Part shown: one piece after another, positions 1 to 11,900 of the stretch
Layout of the letters: each line of letters begins with the position of its first letter
Numbering within the stretch: position 1 is the stretch's first letter
Assembly: GCA_000708835.1 (NCBI GenBank)
Contig: DF237450.1
Span: 1-64,000 of the forward strand
From: Klebsormidium nitens
Lineage: Eukaryota > Plantae > Klebsormidiophyceae
Direction: 5' to 3'
Length of the DNA: 64,000 nucleotides
Notes under the pieces: generated by a model
What the model saw: the letters and a program-made list of their open reading frames with translations, nothing else
Database searches by the model: none
Told to the model about the DNA's origin: nothing
Translations under genes and position numbers: made by a program

Positions 1-232
1 GCTCCATCCGCAAACCCTTTTTGCAGAGCGGAAGAAAAGCAAGTGTGTCGTCATGCTGTGCGAAGCCCTCAAAGCAATGCGGGACGGCCACCTGGCATGT
101 TCGAACGGGGCCGTTGCATTTGCAGGCGTGCTCCATCATGCACAGATGCGCCGCCAATGCGAGCTTGCTTTCATGGCGCACTGGTCAGGGACGTCAGGAA
201 GGAGGGACACGTAACAATTGCAGCGTAATGAG

Positions 233-3200
233 ATGGCATTCGCATCATTGACCGCTGCACAATCCCAATTTAGCTGCAGACCTTCCACGTTGTGGTGCGG
301 AAGACGAGGGAGAACCGGGTTGCCAGCTTCCTCGTCAGAGTCAAGGAATTGGCCATTCTTTGTGGGCGGAACAGGAGCAAGGGTGAAGATGGCACAAGCA
401 GAGAGCGGTGCGATGCGAGCCAAGGGTTCTGCGAATGAACCTGGTGAGTATGGAGTTGAGCGGTTCCAAACTTTGTCTCAGCATACTCAGTGAGGAGGTT
501 CTCCAAGGAATTCTTGCCACTTGCATCAAGAGAGGAGCTGAAGCGACAAATGTGCTCAATGACCAATCAATAATGTACTAGACTGCACATGCTTCAATTG
601 TGTCATCAAAAGATGCTCAATGCAGCACCCAAGTGAGTTTCAAGCCGCCAGCTGGCGGCACAGCCCGCGCTCTTTCCTACCATTTGCTGCAGTGGACAGG
701 GTTCTGGACTGAAAGCTAGTGTGCGTCTGAGCTTACCCGAGTAACTAGGTTTGAAACTAAGTTAGTAAAAGTGACTAGGCGTTCAGCCCCCACCGGAGAA
801 GCAGCGCCATTCGCAGCTCAGGATTTAGCCAACAGAGGGAAAGGAAAGAGAAAGTAACAGGAATGCACTATGCAGCGTTTACTCTCAGAGCAGGTCACAA
901 GTGTCATTTCAGCAGATGGGGTGCCTTAGTATCCCTCGTGTACTACGCTGATTCAATGCGGCCAGCCCATAGCAGTGGGTTGAGTCCTTTCTATCTTCAC
1001 TGGGGATCTATTCTACCATACGCGTCGCCACCTCATCGACTGAACTGCCACCACTTAATTCATGGTCTCAACAACCCACGTGATTGGCTTCCTTCCCTAT
1101 TTCAGGCCTCCCTTTCAAGGAGCAGACTCTCAAGGTCGCCTACACAGCCCTAGGGACTGCGGGGATGCTGATGGCAGCGGCCAAGATCGCTTTTCCAGCA
1201 CAGGTGTTGGCCCTCGACTTCCCAGGGACTGCAATCACCGCAGAGCTCTGCAGGGCCCAAAGAGTGCTTGGGGGCGCCTTGCTACCAGGAGTGGCTGCCG
1301 CTTTCGTGCTGAGGGTGAGCCACTTGCAGCTTCCATAACTGGTCAAGTGATGATGTGCCTCTAACCTGGCTTGGTTAGCGCCTCAATTACTTTGAACTTT
1401 AAGAGAGTACGTGTCTGGCTATTGGGGTTCCGATGTGTCTGGTTACTCGTGCCTAACTTTTTCAGCCAGTCAGGGCTATCAGAAAGAACAATGAGTGAAG
1501 GCACAGGGATCCCTCTGCTGATATCATCCGGTGACTCCAGTATGCCACGAGACATGATAGTCTGCTGTATGAGGAGATTCAGTCCTGGGTACTGCAATCA
1601 AAGGCCTATGAAAGCCTGGTGATTGGCTGGTATGCCAGGCCTACTGCTTAGTGCTAGTGACGCTTGGATTATAGTGGACTGAGATCACCTTCCTGGATTT
1701 TTTTACAGTGTTAATCTTTGAATAAGGTTGAGCCAAAGGTGCTTGAGAAGGTAAAAAATGTCTAATCTGATGCAAAGTACCTTTCGTGTCAGACACCACC
1801 CTTGAGGTCTTTCCAACCCAAGCTCTTGCCCTCTTGATAGGACGCGGCAGAAAGAAAAGAGCTCGACACTGGCGATGCTCTGCGCCTCAACATTGGCCTC
1901 GTAGCTTTTGGAGTTGGAGTGGCCAACTCTCTGACACGGATCCCCGTTGGGGTCATCCTTGACAGCAAAGCAAATGCTCTCGGGTGAGGCCTTGTAACAA
2001 CCCGCTGTGAGTCGTGCTCTTCGGTTTTCAAGGTTTGAGTCGGTTGCAAACGTTCTCATGTAGGAAGGTTTGCAAACGAGAATATGAAGGCAAGGTGCTT
2101 TTGAATCTGTAACGAGTTCTGTTCAGTCAACAAGGTCAGAATTGAAATATTGAATCTGGTGTCATAATAAGTTTCAAAAGCTGAACACAACTTGAAGCCC
2201 TGACTTGCAGCTTAGTGTCATCGGCGGCATCAATCATTGTGGGCTGCATCGGTGCCAGTGCTGCATTCACTTCGAAGCACCGCTCCACCAACAAGGGGGT
2301 TGCCGATGGGAAGGCAGCGTTGCTCTCCTTCATCAAGCCCAAAAACGCGTCATCGCTGCTGTATGGCGTGTTCTCCATAATCTTTGGCTACGCCGCCCTC
2401 TCAACATTCCGCCAGCCGAGCGCGCCTCCAGTGAGACACAACGACAATTCCACTGTGGATATCTCTAGCGCTTATCAGAGAGGATTTCTCATATTTCGCA
2501 AGGAAAAGGCTTCGCCGCAAGTCAACCAAGTCTTGTGATCAGTGCAGGACTCTTCTTATGAACGAACTCGTCTCTTTCCGCTTCGAATGTATGGCTCTTT
2601 GGGTTCGGCATTAGTTCGATGCGTGCTTCTGAGCGACTGGAAAGACATGTCGTCTCGGTTTCCATGTCCTTGACTTGTGACGTCAGCAGCATCGTCATCG
2701 TTGGTCCGCTGAGGACACGCCATCTCATCGTTGGTCAGCGCATCAGGGATGAACGACGCAAAAACACTCAAGTGGGATGCTTTTGCCCGAAGCTTTGAAG
2801 AGGAAAAGGAAGCTCTTTTGAGGTAGAAATCTCTTGGTACCTGTTGCAGCACGTTAGACAGTCTGCTTTTCGGACATCGCATCCTCCTGAATATAAAACG
2901 TCCCCCGCTCCATCCCGTGTCAATGATTTATCCGACTTTCTCGTGTTTTGTCCTGCTTTCGATCCCAGTTCGCCAAAAGCGACTCAGGCTCAGCGTGTGT
3001 CATCTCATAGCCGGCTCACTGAATCGTCGCTCCTAATCCGTCACCTGGCCCTTGTTCATCAGATAAGACTCAGAAAACCTGTGGCAGCCCTGCGCCCTAA
3101 GCTCACTGAGAAGGTCGATCGCCCATGTTTTACATCATCATCATGCCGTCTCTACACTTGAACGGCTCCAAATCACTTCCTTGGTCCTCGATGCAGAACC

Positions 3201-4398
3201 TCACAGTCCCATTCCCTGTCATTGCTGTAGATGCCCTATCCTATTTCTCATAGAGGGACTCCCGCCTCTTTATTTGAACACTTCTGGACCCACCTCCGTT
3301 CTTCTGGATGCAGAATCTCAGCATCCCGTTCGTGTACACGGGAGTCGGCGCCAGCGTGCTGCTGGAGCTGCTCATGGCGTCCGGAACGCTCGTGGCGCCT
3401 CTTGCTGCGCTGACGCTGAAAGTGAGCACGGAGAAAACGATGTGGTCACGAAAGTCAGGTTTCGTCCTATTTTCATGGACCGAATTCGTTTTGGAAGGTA
3501 GTAGTGCGGTTCTGGAGTTGGGCCTTCTCAAGTTCTCGAATTGCACGAGAAGTTGCCAGTCCTACAACTCAAAGCGTCGTCTGTGTATTTCAGCAAACCG
3601 CAGAAAAGCGGTTCGTAAAGGATGTCAGCTGGATCTGCGATACCGCCTGACGACAACCAGGTGTTGTAAGCCTGGCTTGAGTGGGCATGAAACGAATGGA
3701 TTCACGTATCTTTTGCCTCCATTTGGTTCGAAAAACGCCCACTGTTCGGAAAAGAAATACGGCGAGGAAAGGGAGTCGTCAATGCGTGCGGGCGGGCAGC
3801 TCGGTTACAAGGGACCATGCAAGTCACAGAAGCTTACGGGCCGAAGTTGGAAGGATCGGTTTCCCCTGAAGACGGCGTCGAGCTTCTTACCAATGCCAGG
3901 CAGAAACCGAGCAGGAATAAACCTTGTGGTTCTTTGCAGGCTGCGTCCGACAAGGGACAGCTGTCGTCCCGGCGGGCCAAGCTGCTGAATGGCGGGATCC
4001 TAGGGGTGGCTGCGGGCTTCGGGGTCACGATGGTTGAGGGCATGGTCACGTTGGGCGCGTTTCCCACGCCCATTCTAGTTCGGGTGGGCATCTGGGCGGT
4101 AGTGGGAGTCACGAGCGGTCTGAAGTGAGTACGCCCGTCTTATTTCCCTGAATCTCAGTTATACGCACTCCTGCCGGCCAGGTGGTTCATCGAAGGCCAA
4201 AAAGTTTTCGAGAACATTTGCAAGCGACAATTAATGAGCATGTTTTACCTCTTCCTGCTCGTTCGTGAAGCTCCAGATAGTTCGAAGGCGTCGGCTAAGT
4301 TACTGAAAAATAAATAGCGCGTTTGGCCAGAACATCAACGTTCTTTGCCTGATCTGTACTGTCCTTGCAGTTTGTTCAAGGGGAAGAAGCGGGACTAA
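233..4398 (+). CDS. Plastid-targeted multi-pass membrane protein of unknown function with two internal repeats (7 exons, 367 aa)
   Basis: Exons 233-443, 1106-1314, 1841-1983, 2211-2430, 3314-3421, 3940-4124, 4371-4398. All introns are GT-AG and the phases are consistent (1104 nt). N-terminus is S/R/A-rich and transit-peptide-like (MAFASLTAAQSQFSCRPST). Hydrophobic segments; repeated motif VLR|DAAERKELDTGDALRLNIGL and TLK|AASDKGQLSSRRAKLLNGGI. Confidence 0.8.
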
Positions 4399-5965
4399 GG
4401 TACGGATCAGGTCAAGAAAAATCTACTATCAGATGTTCGTAAGTCAGGCGTGACTTAGACGAACTTCGGAGAAGCTTTTTCAGCCGAAACCGGGGGGCGC
4501 TGCATTCCACTCGTTGAGAGTCGTCAAGAAGGGTACAACCACGTTGTAGAGGACCTTCAAACAGCAGTGGTTTAGGGGACGGTGAGAGCTCACTGGGGGT
4601 ATTTATGAGGCGGATAATTCATCTACCTCAAGTGAAGAGAAGCGTGCAAGCTGTGCGTCAGTCCCCATGCCGTTTCTTAGACATTTAGTTATCAATGATG
4701 AAAAGCCGACGGATGACCTTCAACTTCTGCAATTGTCTTGTAAAAAAAATGAGATTCCTCCCCGAGTCCTCATGCGTAGTAGTACCACGACGGCTAAAAC
4801 ATTGGATTACACAGAGTCATCTTTCTCCACACTACCTGCTTTGGCGGGTCATTACGTGAAAGGTACACTTTGGTGCCGTCATGTGATTCTCTTATCGACA
4901 ATTGCAGTCCAATACTCGGAATCGAGACTCACTTCATGCATTGCGGACAAAATTTTCAAGCCTTTGTGTATGCTCGCTCACCCCCATGGCCTCAGAAGCG
5001 CAACTGGCCGCTACAGTCTACGCGCTGGCTTGCGATATGTCCTGCGAAGTGCTGCCGCGCTGCCAGCTCGATCTGCCTTTAATTGCAAATCGGACTCGAG
5101 GAGTGAGTCCCGCCGCACCGCGGCGGCGCGGCCGCGCTCTGTCCGGTCACGGTCCCCTAGCAGGCAATCATTGAACAACGCCGACGGGATTGAAATCGCC
5201 TTTGAAATCGCCTCTACAGTAGATTCCGAATCTGACGTCAGAATTCTGATTCTTGACGTCTTCGGCCACTGTGTCGACATCTTGCTGCTTTCATCGAACG
5301 GTGAAGATTGAAGATTCCTTGACGATTTGGATGAAAAGCATCCGGGGTGGGAAGCATGGAGCGCGGCTCGCTTTGCGGAAATTAGCAGATGGGGGATCCC
5401 TTCGACAGGTCCAGGGTCATAGGTGACCCTACCTATGTAGAGGAGCTAGATACTGGTTGGCCCTAAGTTCGTCGTCAAAGCACCGTAGATATGTTATAAC
5501 TAGCATCCGCAGACTGACCGGTTCTTCTCACCCCCAATGAGATTCTGAACAAAGGTCGCTTTTCTCGATGAAACATGCAGCATGACTTTTCCACTGGCAC
5601 ATTCATGAATGCCGCCAGCTTCTACCGTAGGTTCTCACCAAGCAGGTTCTCCCTAGCTGCAGCAGCCCTGGCCTAGCTGCCAGCGTTGCGTCGCGCAATG
5701 ATGAAAGACGGGTGGAGTCGGTGGACTGGAGTCTGGCAATAGGTACCTACCTTGTTGTATTTGGTACATCTGGGTAAACGTTTCGCGGGAACGACAGGTG
5801 CCTTTCTGATGCTACTGTACTCTCAATGTACAGGAAGAGTCATGATCAACAGCGGATTGTTGGGAGTAGTGAACAGGTTCCTTTGACACAGCTGCCAATT
5901 GCAGCAGCCACTTTGGCTGCCCTACCAATCCGCTGCGCCTGGGCTGAGCGGATTCCCTGGGAGCA

Positions 5966-8900
5966 ATGGCGCGCTCACTGGCGTTCTGTGCGCTCCTTGT
6001 GGTGGCCCTTTTTGGCACCACTCTCGCGGCGCGGGAGCTGAGCCTGCAGGCGTCGACCGGGCTTGAGCTTGTGCAGAACATGGCGTACCTGAAGCCCATC
6101 ACAAACGCTCCCGAGAGTGTGTCTGCGGCCATCCAGGAGCCGGTCATTGACGCAACCATGCGCCGCAAGCTGCTGCAGAGGTGAGGCATGCAATCAGACC
6201 TGGTTCTTCATGAATTGACACCGGATTGTGCAGGTAGAAACACAGAAGTGTCGCAATTTCGATATTTGGCTGTGTTAATCAGTGCTGGTGGCAAGTGCAG
6301 TGAGTCGATTCAAGCAGGATGTCTTTGATTGAAGTCCCCTCAGCATTGTTTCATAAGACTGGGCCAAGGGCCTTAGTTCCTGCTCTTTAGATCAGCACTG
6401 AAGCTCGGTCACCCGAAGCTCACACTTGAGGTGCCTTGGTTACTTCAGACTCATCGGAAGCATCTCGGAACATGATCGCCTCTGTCCAGCTTCATCCCCA
6501 ATAAGCCTCTGATGCTCAGCTCAGCTTCATTCAGCCTGATAAATGGGGATGGCTCAAGCTGGCACGGATACAAACCTTCGCTCTTCTGAAACCTTAGGCC
6601 AAGAGCTGGACGGCAGAATGAACCTTTCGGACAGAGTCGTTTTACAGTCCTGTTCACTGCTGTAGCACAGCTTCATCACACACAGCTATGTTGCTCAATG
6701 GGGCTTATTGACCTAAGCTTTTTCCATCGCGTTACCAACATTCCATCAAAACTCATTCCCTGCCAGCTGATAGCCTGCCTTTGACTTTGGGCAAGAAGGG
6801 CCGCATAGATTTAGTGCTGATGAGAAACAGAGGTGGCAAGTGAGGGCCTATAGCTCATCTGCTGAATTTCGTCTGAAGATTTGTCTGTCAGGTCCCATTC
6901 CATTACATGCCAAATTTGCAACCCAGCAAGCAAGAGGCAACCTTGGTGTCCCTTCCTACTTTCAAGAGAGCAGCCTTCTCCCATGCGCACAACCCGTCTT
7001 TCATGCCTGTAATCTTCGTTCTGTTCTCCTGTAAACACAGCGGCCCCCTGGTTGATGACCTCAGCGTTGCCCGCTCATTCCAGCACGGCATTGCGAGCGG
7101 TGACCCAACTGTAAGTGCCAAGCATTTCCGCCCAACCCCATCTCTTCAACTACTGTAACACAGTAATTTCTCAGCAAATCTGCGTCGAGACTCTCTTTCC
7201 GTGATTCAGCATTAGTTCGCTGACAGGTAACGCCCGCATCATTTTGATTGTCCTGTGCATGGGGCATGTCATGCTGACCTGCCTTTATCATGTCGCACAT
7301 GCTGGACCCCCTTAGTTTTGTTCAGGAGGATCATGAGATTGCCCTTTCTGTGGAACATGGCAGTGCAATGGGGCCTTCAACACCACATTGTTAGTAACAT
7401 TACTCTGGCCTAGAACGAGCTTCCCTCACCATTTGTCAATTTCTTTGTTCTGTTCTTCTCTTTTCTTCTGTACAAGAGCTCACTAGCTCAGTATCTGGTT
7501 TTCCCTTGGGATGTCATGTATACTCTCACTGTTATTCCGTAAGGCTCACTTTTGGATCCTCTGCCCCAAAATTAACCAAAGATGCAAAGGCTGTAAGGGA
7601 CCCTGCTATCTTCTGTCTCACTTATTGCCTTGGGTACCCACAATCAATTCGGCCACAGGAGTGTTTCTTAGGTGCAATAACCATATCAGCACATTCCAGA
7701 CCGTACGCATCAAGACTCGCTTCCTTTCTGATTCTGATATTGAACCAGAACTGAGCAATCCTGGATCATTAGGGCCTCGCATTCACAATTCATGGCCACT
7801 GTCCAAAGACTTCAGACACCTGGCAAAACCAAGATCTTTGTAGGGAAGTCATTTCAGAGTCCTCTCAACCCACCCAGTTTGTCCTCTACATAACTTGCTG
7901 AAACCTTTGACTGCACTTCTACTTTCTTAACCAGGCAACTCAAGTCATCCTCTGGACACGTGTCACCCCCGTCGCCGCAGACACCCGCGCTCTAGTGTAC
8001 TTCAAAGTAGCGGCCGACTCAGGGCTCAACACCATCGTCACACAGGGAGGTGAGACTCTTTGTGATTCTAATGAACCTACTCTGAGTTAGTCGTTTTCCC
8101 CTGGGAACTTAGTCGTTACCAGGAGCTCCTGTGTAACAAGATTTACACCTCAAGCAGCTTGTTACAGACGTCTGCTCATCGCTTGAACAGCAATCCTTTC
8201 GAAGCTACAAAATTTGGTTACGAGAAATTGCTTGAACGGCAAAAATGGCCCTTTGTTGGGGGCAAGCTGATGTCGAAGAAAGAGTACACATGCAATACTC
8301 CCATTACGGAGGGCAGATCACAGCTAGGCTACATTGGTGGTGGCTCTGCTTGACTGTGTCAGTATGAGTTGATTGAAAGCATGTTGAGGAGGCAATGCAG
8401 TTGAGGCTCGCTTGTGCTCAAAAAGAGTTACCTGATGATCCTGATTATGTGATCAAACAGACTCCACCCCCCCATCAACATGCAACGAAGCTCGGCAAAT
8501 CCGAAAACCCCTTGCCAGTTTTGATCGATGTTTAGCAGAAGACGCATACATCTTCGCCAGCAATCGGATTAACTCATCCATCTTCTTCGATCTGCTCTTA
8601 CGAGCAACATTTATTTTCTGTGCAGCTGTGGCCACCGATGCGGGAGTTGACTGGACGGTCAAGGTTGACGTGACTGGTGAGAGTACAGTTATCTCACGAA
8701 CTTTGTTTGCTGTTCCGCCCTTCCCTGAAGAGCCTTCTCTTATGCTCTGAAGTCGTCTCTGACTATTGCAGAGGTGCTTCAAATCTGAAAGCGCGCTTTG
8801 AATGACATGCAATTGCGCAGGTTTGAACGATGATTTGATACTCCTGGACAACGCTTCAAGTTGTTCAAAGAGTGCCAGCACGCACTCAGTATTATTGTCT

Positions 8901-11900
8901 TTAAGCACTGTAATTTTATCAGCTCAATCTGCAGATATGAGGGTCTGGACTCGGTTCGAGATCATGTTACTTTCAAAAGATTCCGCATGACGCCTGCAGG
9001 TCTGAGTGACAGGTTGACAGAACTTCAGCTTCGTTTGGCAAATTGAGATTCTCGAATTAGTGCAAGAGCATCTTACTTCCTAGTCTTCCAGATGAGACCC
9101 TCAGGTCTTACTGACAGTGTTCAGGTAAGTTTGACAACCTGTGATCTGGATTCGCTTCGAGATCAATTAGCCCTGAAATTCCGCATTACGCCTGCAGGTC
9201 TGACCCCGTCCACCACCTACTACTACCAGTTCTACAGCGGGAGTGCCAAGTCCGCCGTTGGTCGGACCCGAACTCTCCCCGTTGGTGACGTGTCCAAGTC
9301 GCGTATCGCCTATGTCACTTGCTCCCAGTACCCAGACGGGTAAGTGCTGATCTCAGAAACTCAGAGAAATCATTATCTAGCACCCAATTCTAGCTGTTAA
9401 TGCATGTAAGAATGGCCTGAAAGGCTGTGTAGCTTATATGAACATTGTCTCGGAATCTCAATGGCATACGAAAGTTAAGCAATGACTTACTGAGCTTTCC
9501 GGTTACGAAAAATGAAATTGATTTGTGTACGAAGTTTTTGAGCATCGGAGAATTGACAACGTGATCGACGGCAGCCGTTCTTACTACATTGCCACGTGGC
9601 CCCTTCCTGTGCAGTTACTTCAATGCGTACCGATCATTGGCAGGAGAGCCCGACATTCAGGCGGTGCTCCATTTGGGCGACTACATGTACGAGTATGCCG
9701 CCTCCGCCGGTAGGTCTTGGAAACGAAAAGTTTTCACGAGGCTTGCTCTTCCGCATCTTCTACAGCGATTTGATGCGAGTGTGCCGCTACAGTTTGTGAG
9801 TTTTGATCAGAATCTTTTCACGAGGCTTGCACTTCCGCATCTTCTGAAGGATCTGATGCGAATAGTGTGCCGCCACCGTCTGTGAGGTTTGATCAGAATA
9901 TGTCAAGATGCCTGCGCTTCGCATCTTCTGAGAGAGATTTGATGCGGGGTTCATGCCGCCACGGTCTCTGAGTTTCAATCAGAATCTTCTCACCAGAATT
10001 GCGCTTCCGCCTCTTCTGAAAGGACTCGATATGGGTCCTGTGCCGGCCTCGTCTCAAGTTCTGAGCGGAAACTTTTCAAGATGCTTGTGCTTCGGCATCT
10101 TCGAAGGGATGTGATGTGGATTTTTTGCCGCCGTCACTTGTGGTATGAAGACGCCACCGCCTGTGAGTCTTGAATGACATCTTGTCACGAGGCTTGCGCT
10201 TCCGATCTTCGTGGAAAGGCTGCTGGCGTGAAGCGTTGGAGCACGAATCAGTACGGAAATCGCGCTTTCATTCAGCTCGATGTGTTCAATTTGAGTTGTT
10301 TGTTAATAATGCGCCGTTGGGAGAAAAGCGAAGTGTCACGAAAGCAACGAGCGAGCTATCTCTGTTTCGACAGTGACGAGTACGTCGCTGTTGTCATATG
10401 TCGTTCCTAAACGATACTTGAACAAGACAACCGTAGAAAAGGGAAAACTTGACGAGGTCTGCGGAATAGCTTCCCCGTCCTCTAAAACTTCTCAGCAATC
10501 GACTGCAAGGACGTGTTGCGCTTCACGATGACCTGTCAACCAGTACGTTCAGCCGGCACGTCCTTCTGATTCAAAGACCTTTTGCCAAAGTGACGCTTGC
10601 GACGTTCGGACAGCATTAGGTGTTTGAAACTCCGGATCTTCTGTGTTATCTACGAGTTCCGCTCTGTCCTTCTGCGGCTCTTGTCCAATCATTCCCTTCT
10701 GCTCAATGTCCTTTGCGCTCGTATTCACCAGTTCCGTATACCAGTTCCGTTCCGCTCACCTGTTCCGTTCCGTTTCGTCTCCCTGCAGCCCAGGCCACCA
10801 AGTTCAGCCCGCCCCGTCAGGTCCAGGCCTTCCAGACGGTCACCCTGGAGCAGTACAGGTATGCACTTCGCAGCTTACTTAATGGCGAGTCAGTTCCTTC
10901 AATTCCAGTATCGTCGTTGATAATGAAAGGGAACTCAGGCTGTCAGGAGCCGTGACATATGAAGTGTCGAGCAAAAACATGGGCAAGCGGTTCTACTCTC
11001 CACCCGGATTCAAGGCATTCAAGGGACGTCAGTATTAGCTGCGTCAAGAGGACGACCTCTGGTCGGCACCACTGAACGGCTATCTTCTCTGGTGGACAGA
11101 GTTCAGTCGATATGTGGAGTTGTCCCGTAGAATTTTGAAGTCCTTTCATTTTAGGGTCAATTTGATGGGGCCAGAATCCGTGTGCTTCTTCCCCTGTTGA
11201 GTCTTCGTAACGGGCCACTTTGTCGGTACTCTTAGAAACATCTTCGACGTCCTCCATGTTTGGGTGCTTTCGTGGCGTAAGACAGTGACCTACTCAGTTT
11301 GCCCTCTCTCCCCACTGGCGCCTCTTTTCTTGAAAACTACCGCTGTGCCTGCCACATTTGTATGCAAATGTTCCTATATGCAATTAGAGTCCTGAGAGAG
11401 ATGTAGCGTTTTTCTGAACAGGGTCCGGCCCCACCCATCAAACTCCAGGAAGTCAGAAAGAGTGTGCTCTGAGGTTTTGCAAAAACCCTACGATTTCAAA
11501 ATGCAAAACTTCTGCAATGCTTGTTATGACCAGGGCTCGCCACGCGTTGTACAAGACCGACGTGGACCTACAAGAGGCGCACCGCGTGCACCCCTGGGTC
11601 ATCGTGTGGGACGACCACGACTCCACCAACAAGTGAGGCTTCAACAAAGATACTTCTACGATACGCTTCGTTTTCCTAGATTTCGGGTTTGACGACGACA
11701 TTAGTCAAGTGCAGCTTATTGCTCGTTTCTGGTGCGTACTGACGACACCGCGCCTCGAAGAGAAGCCGTCCAGTAGGATCAAAAGTGATTCTTCTCTGTA
11801 TTGAAATGGGGAACCTTCGATAATTTCCGCCGACCTAGTCCAAAGAATTTCACTTGAGACTACGGGAGATAGCATGCAGATTGGACGCCGGTCGAGGAAC

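Noticed and set aside
4667-5311. 214-aa plus-strand ORF and overlapping minus ORFs between gene 1 and phoD, including a GDFKGDFN string reminiscent of LINE endonuclease
   Set aside because: No recognisable domain or splice context. The GDFN frame has stops on both sides and lacks other endonuclease motifs.
8453-8908. 151-aa minus-strand ORF inside phoD
   Set aside because: Spans intron 3, exon 4 and intron 4 antisense; no motif and no independent gene structure.
9731-10225. CRISPR-like interpretation of the regularly spaced repeats here and elsewhere
   Set aside because: Units are diverged along their whole length with no unique spacers and no cas genes, and they lie in eukaryotic introns.
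10735-10780. (TTCCG)n tract before phoD exon 7 and the complementary (CGGAA)n tract after exon 12 (about 15791-15830)
   Set aside because: Short degenerate microsatellites, compatible with an ordinary polypyrimidine tract; 5 kb apart, so pairing is unsupported.
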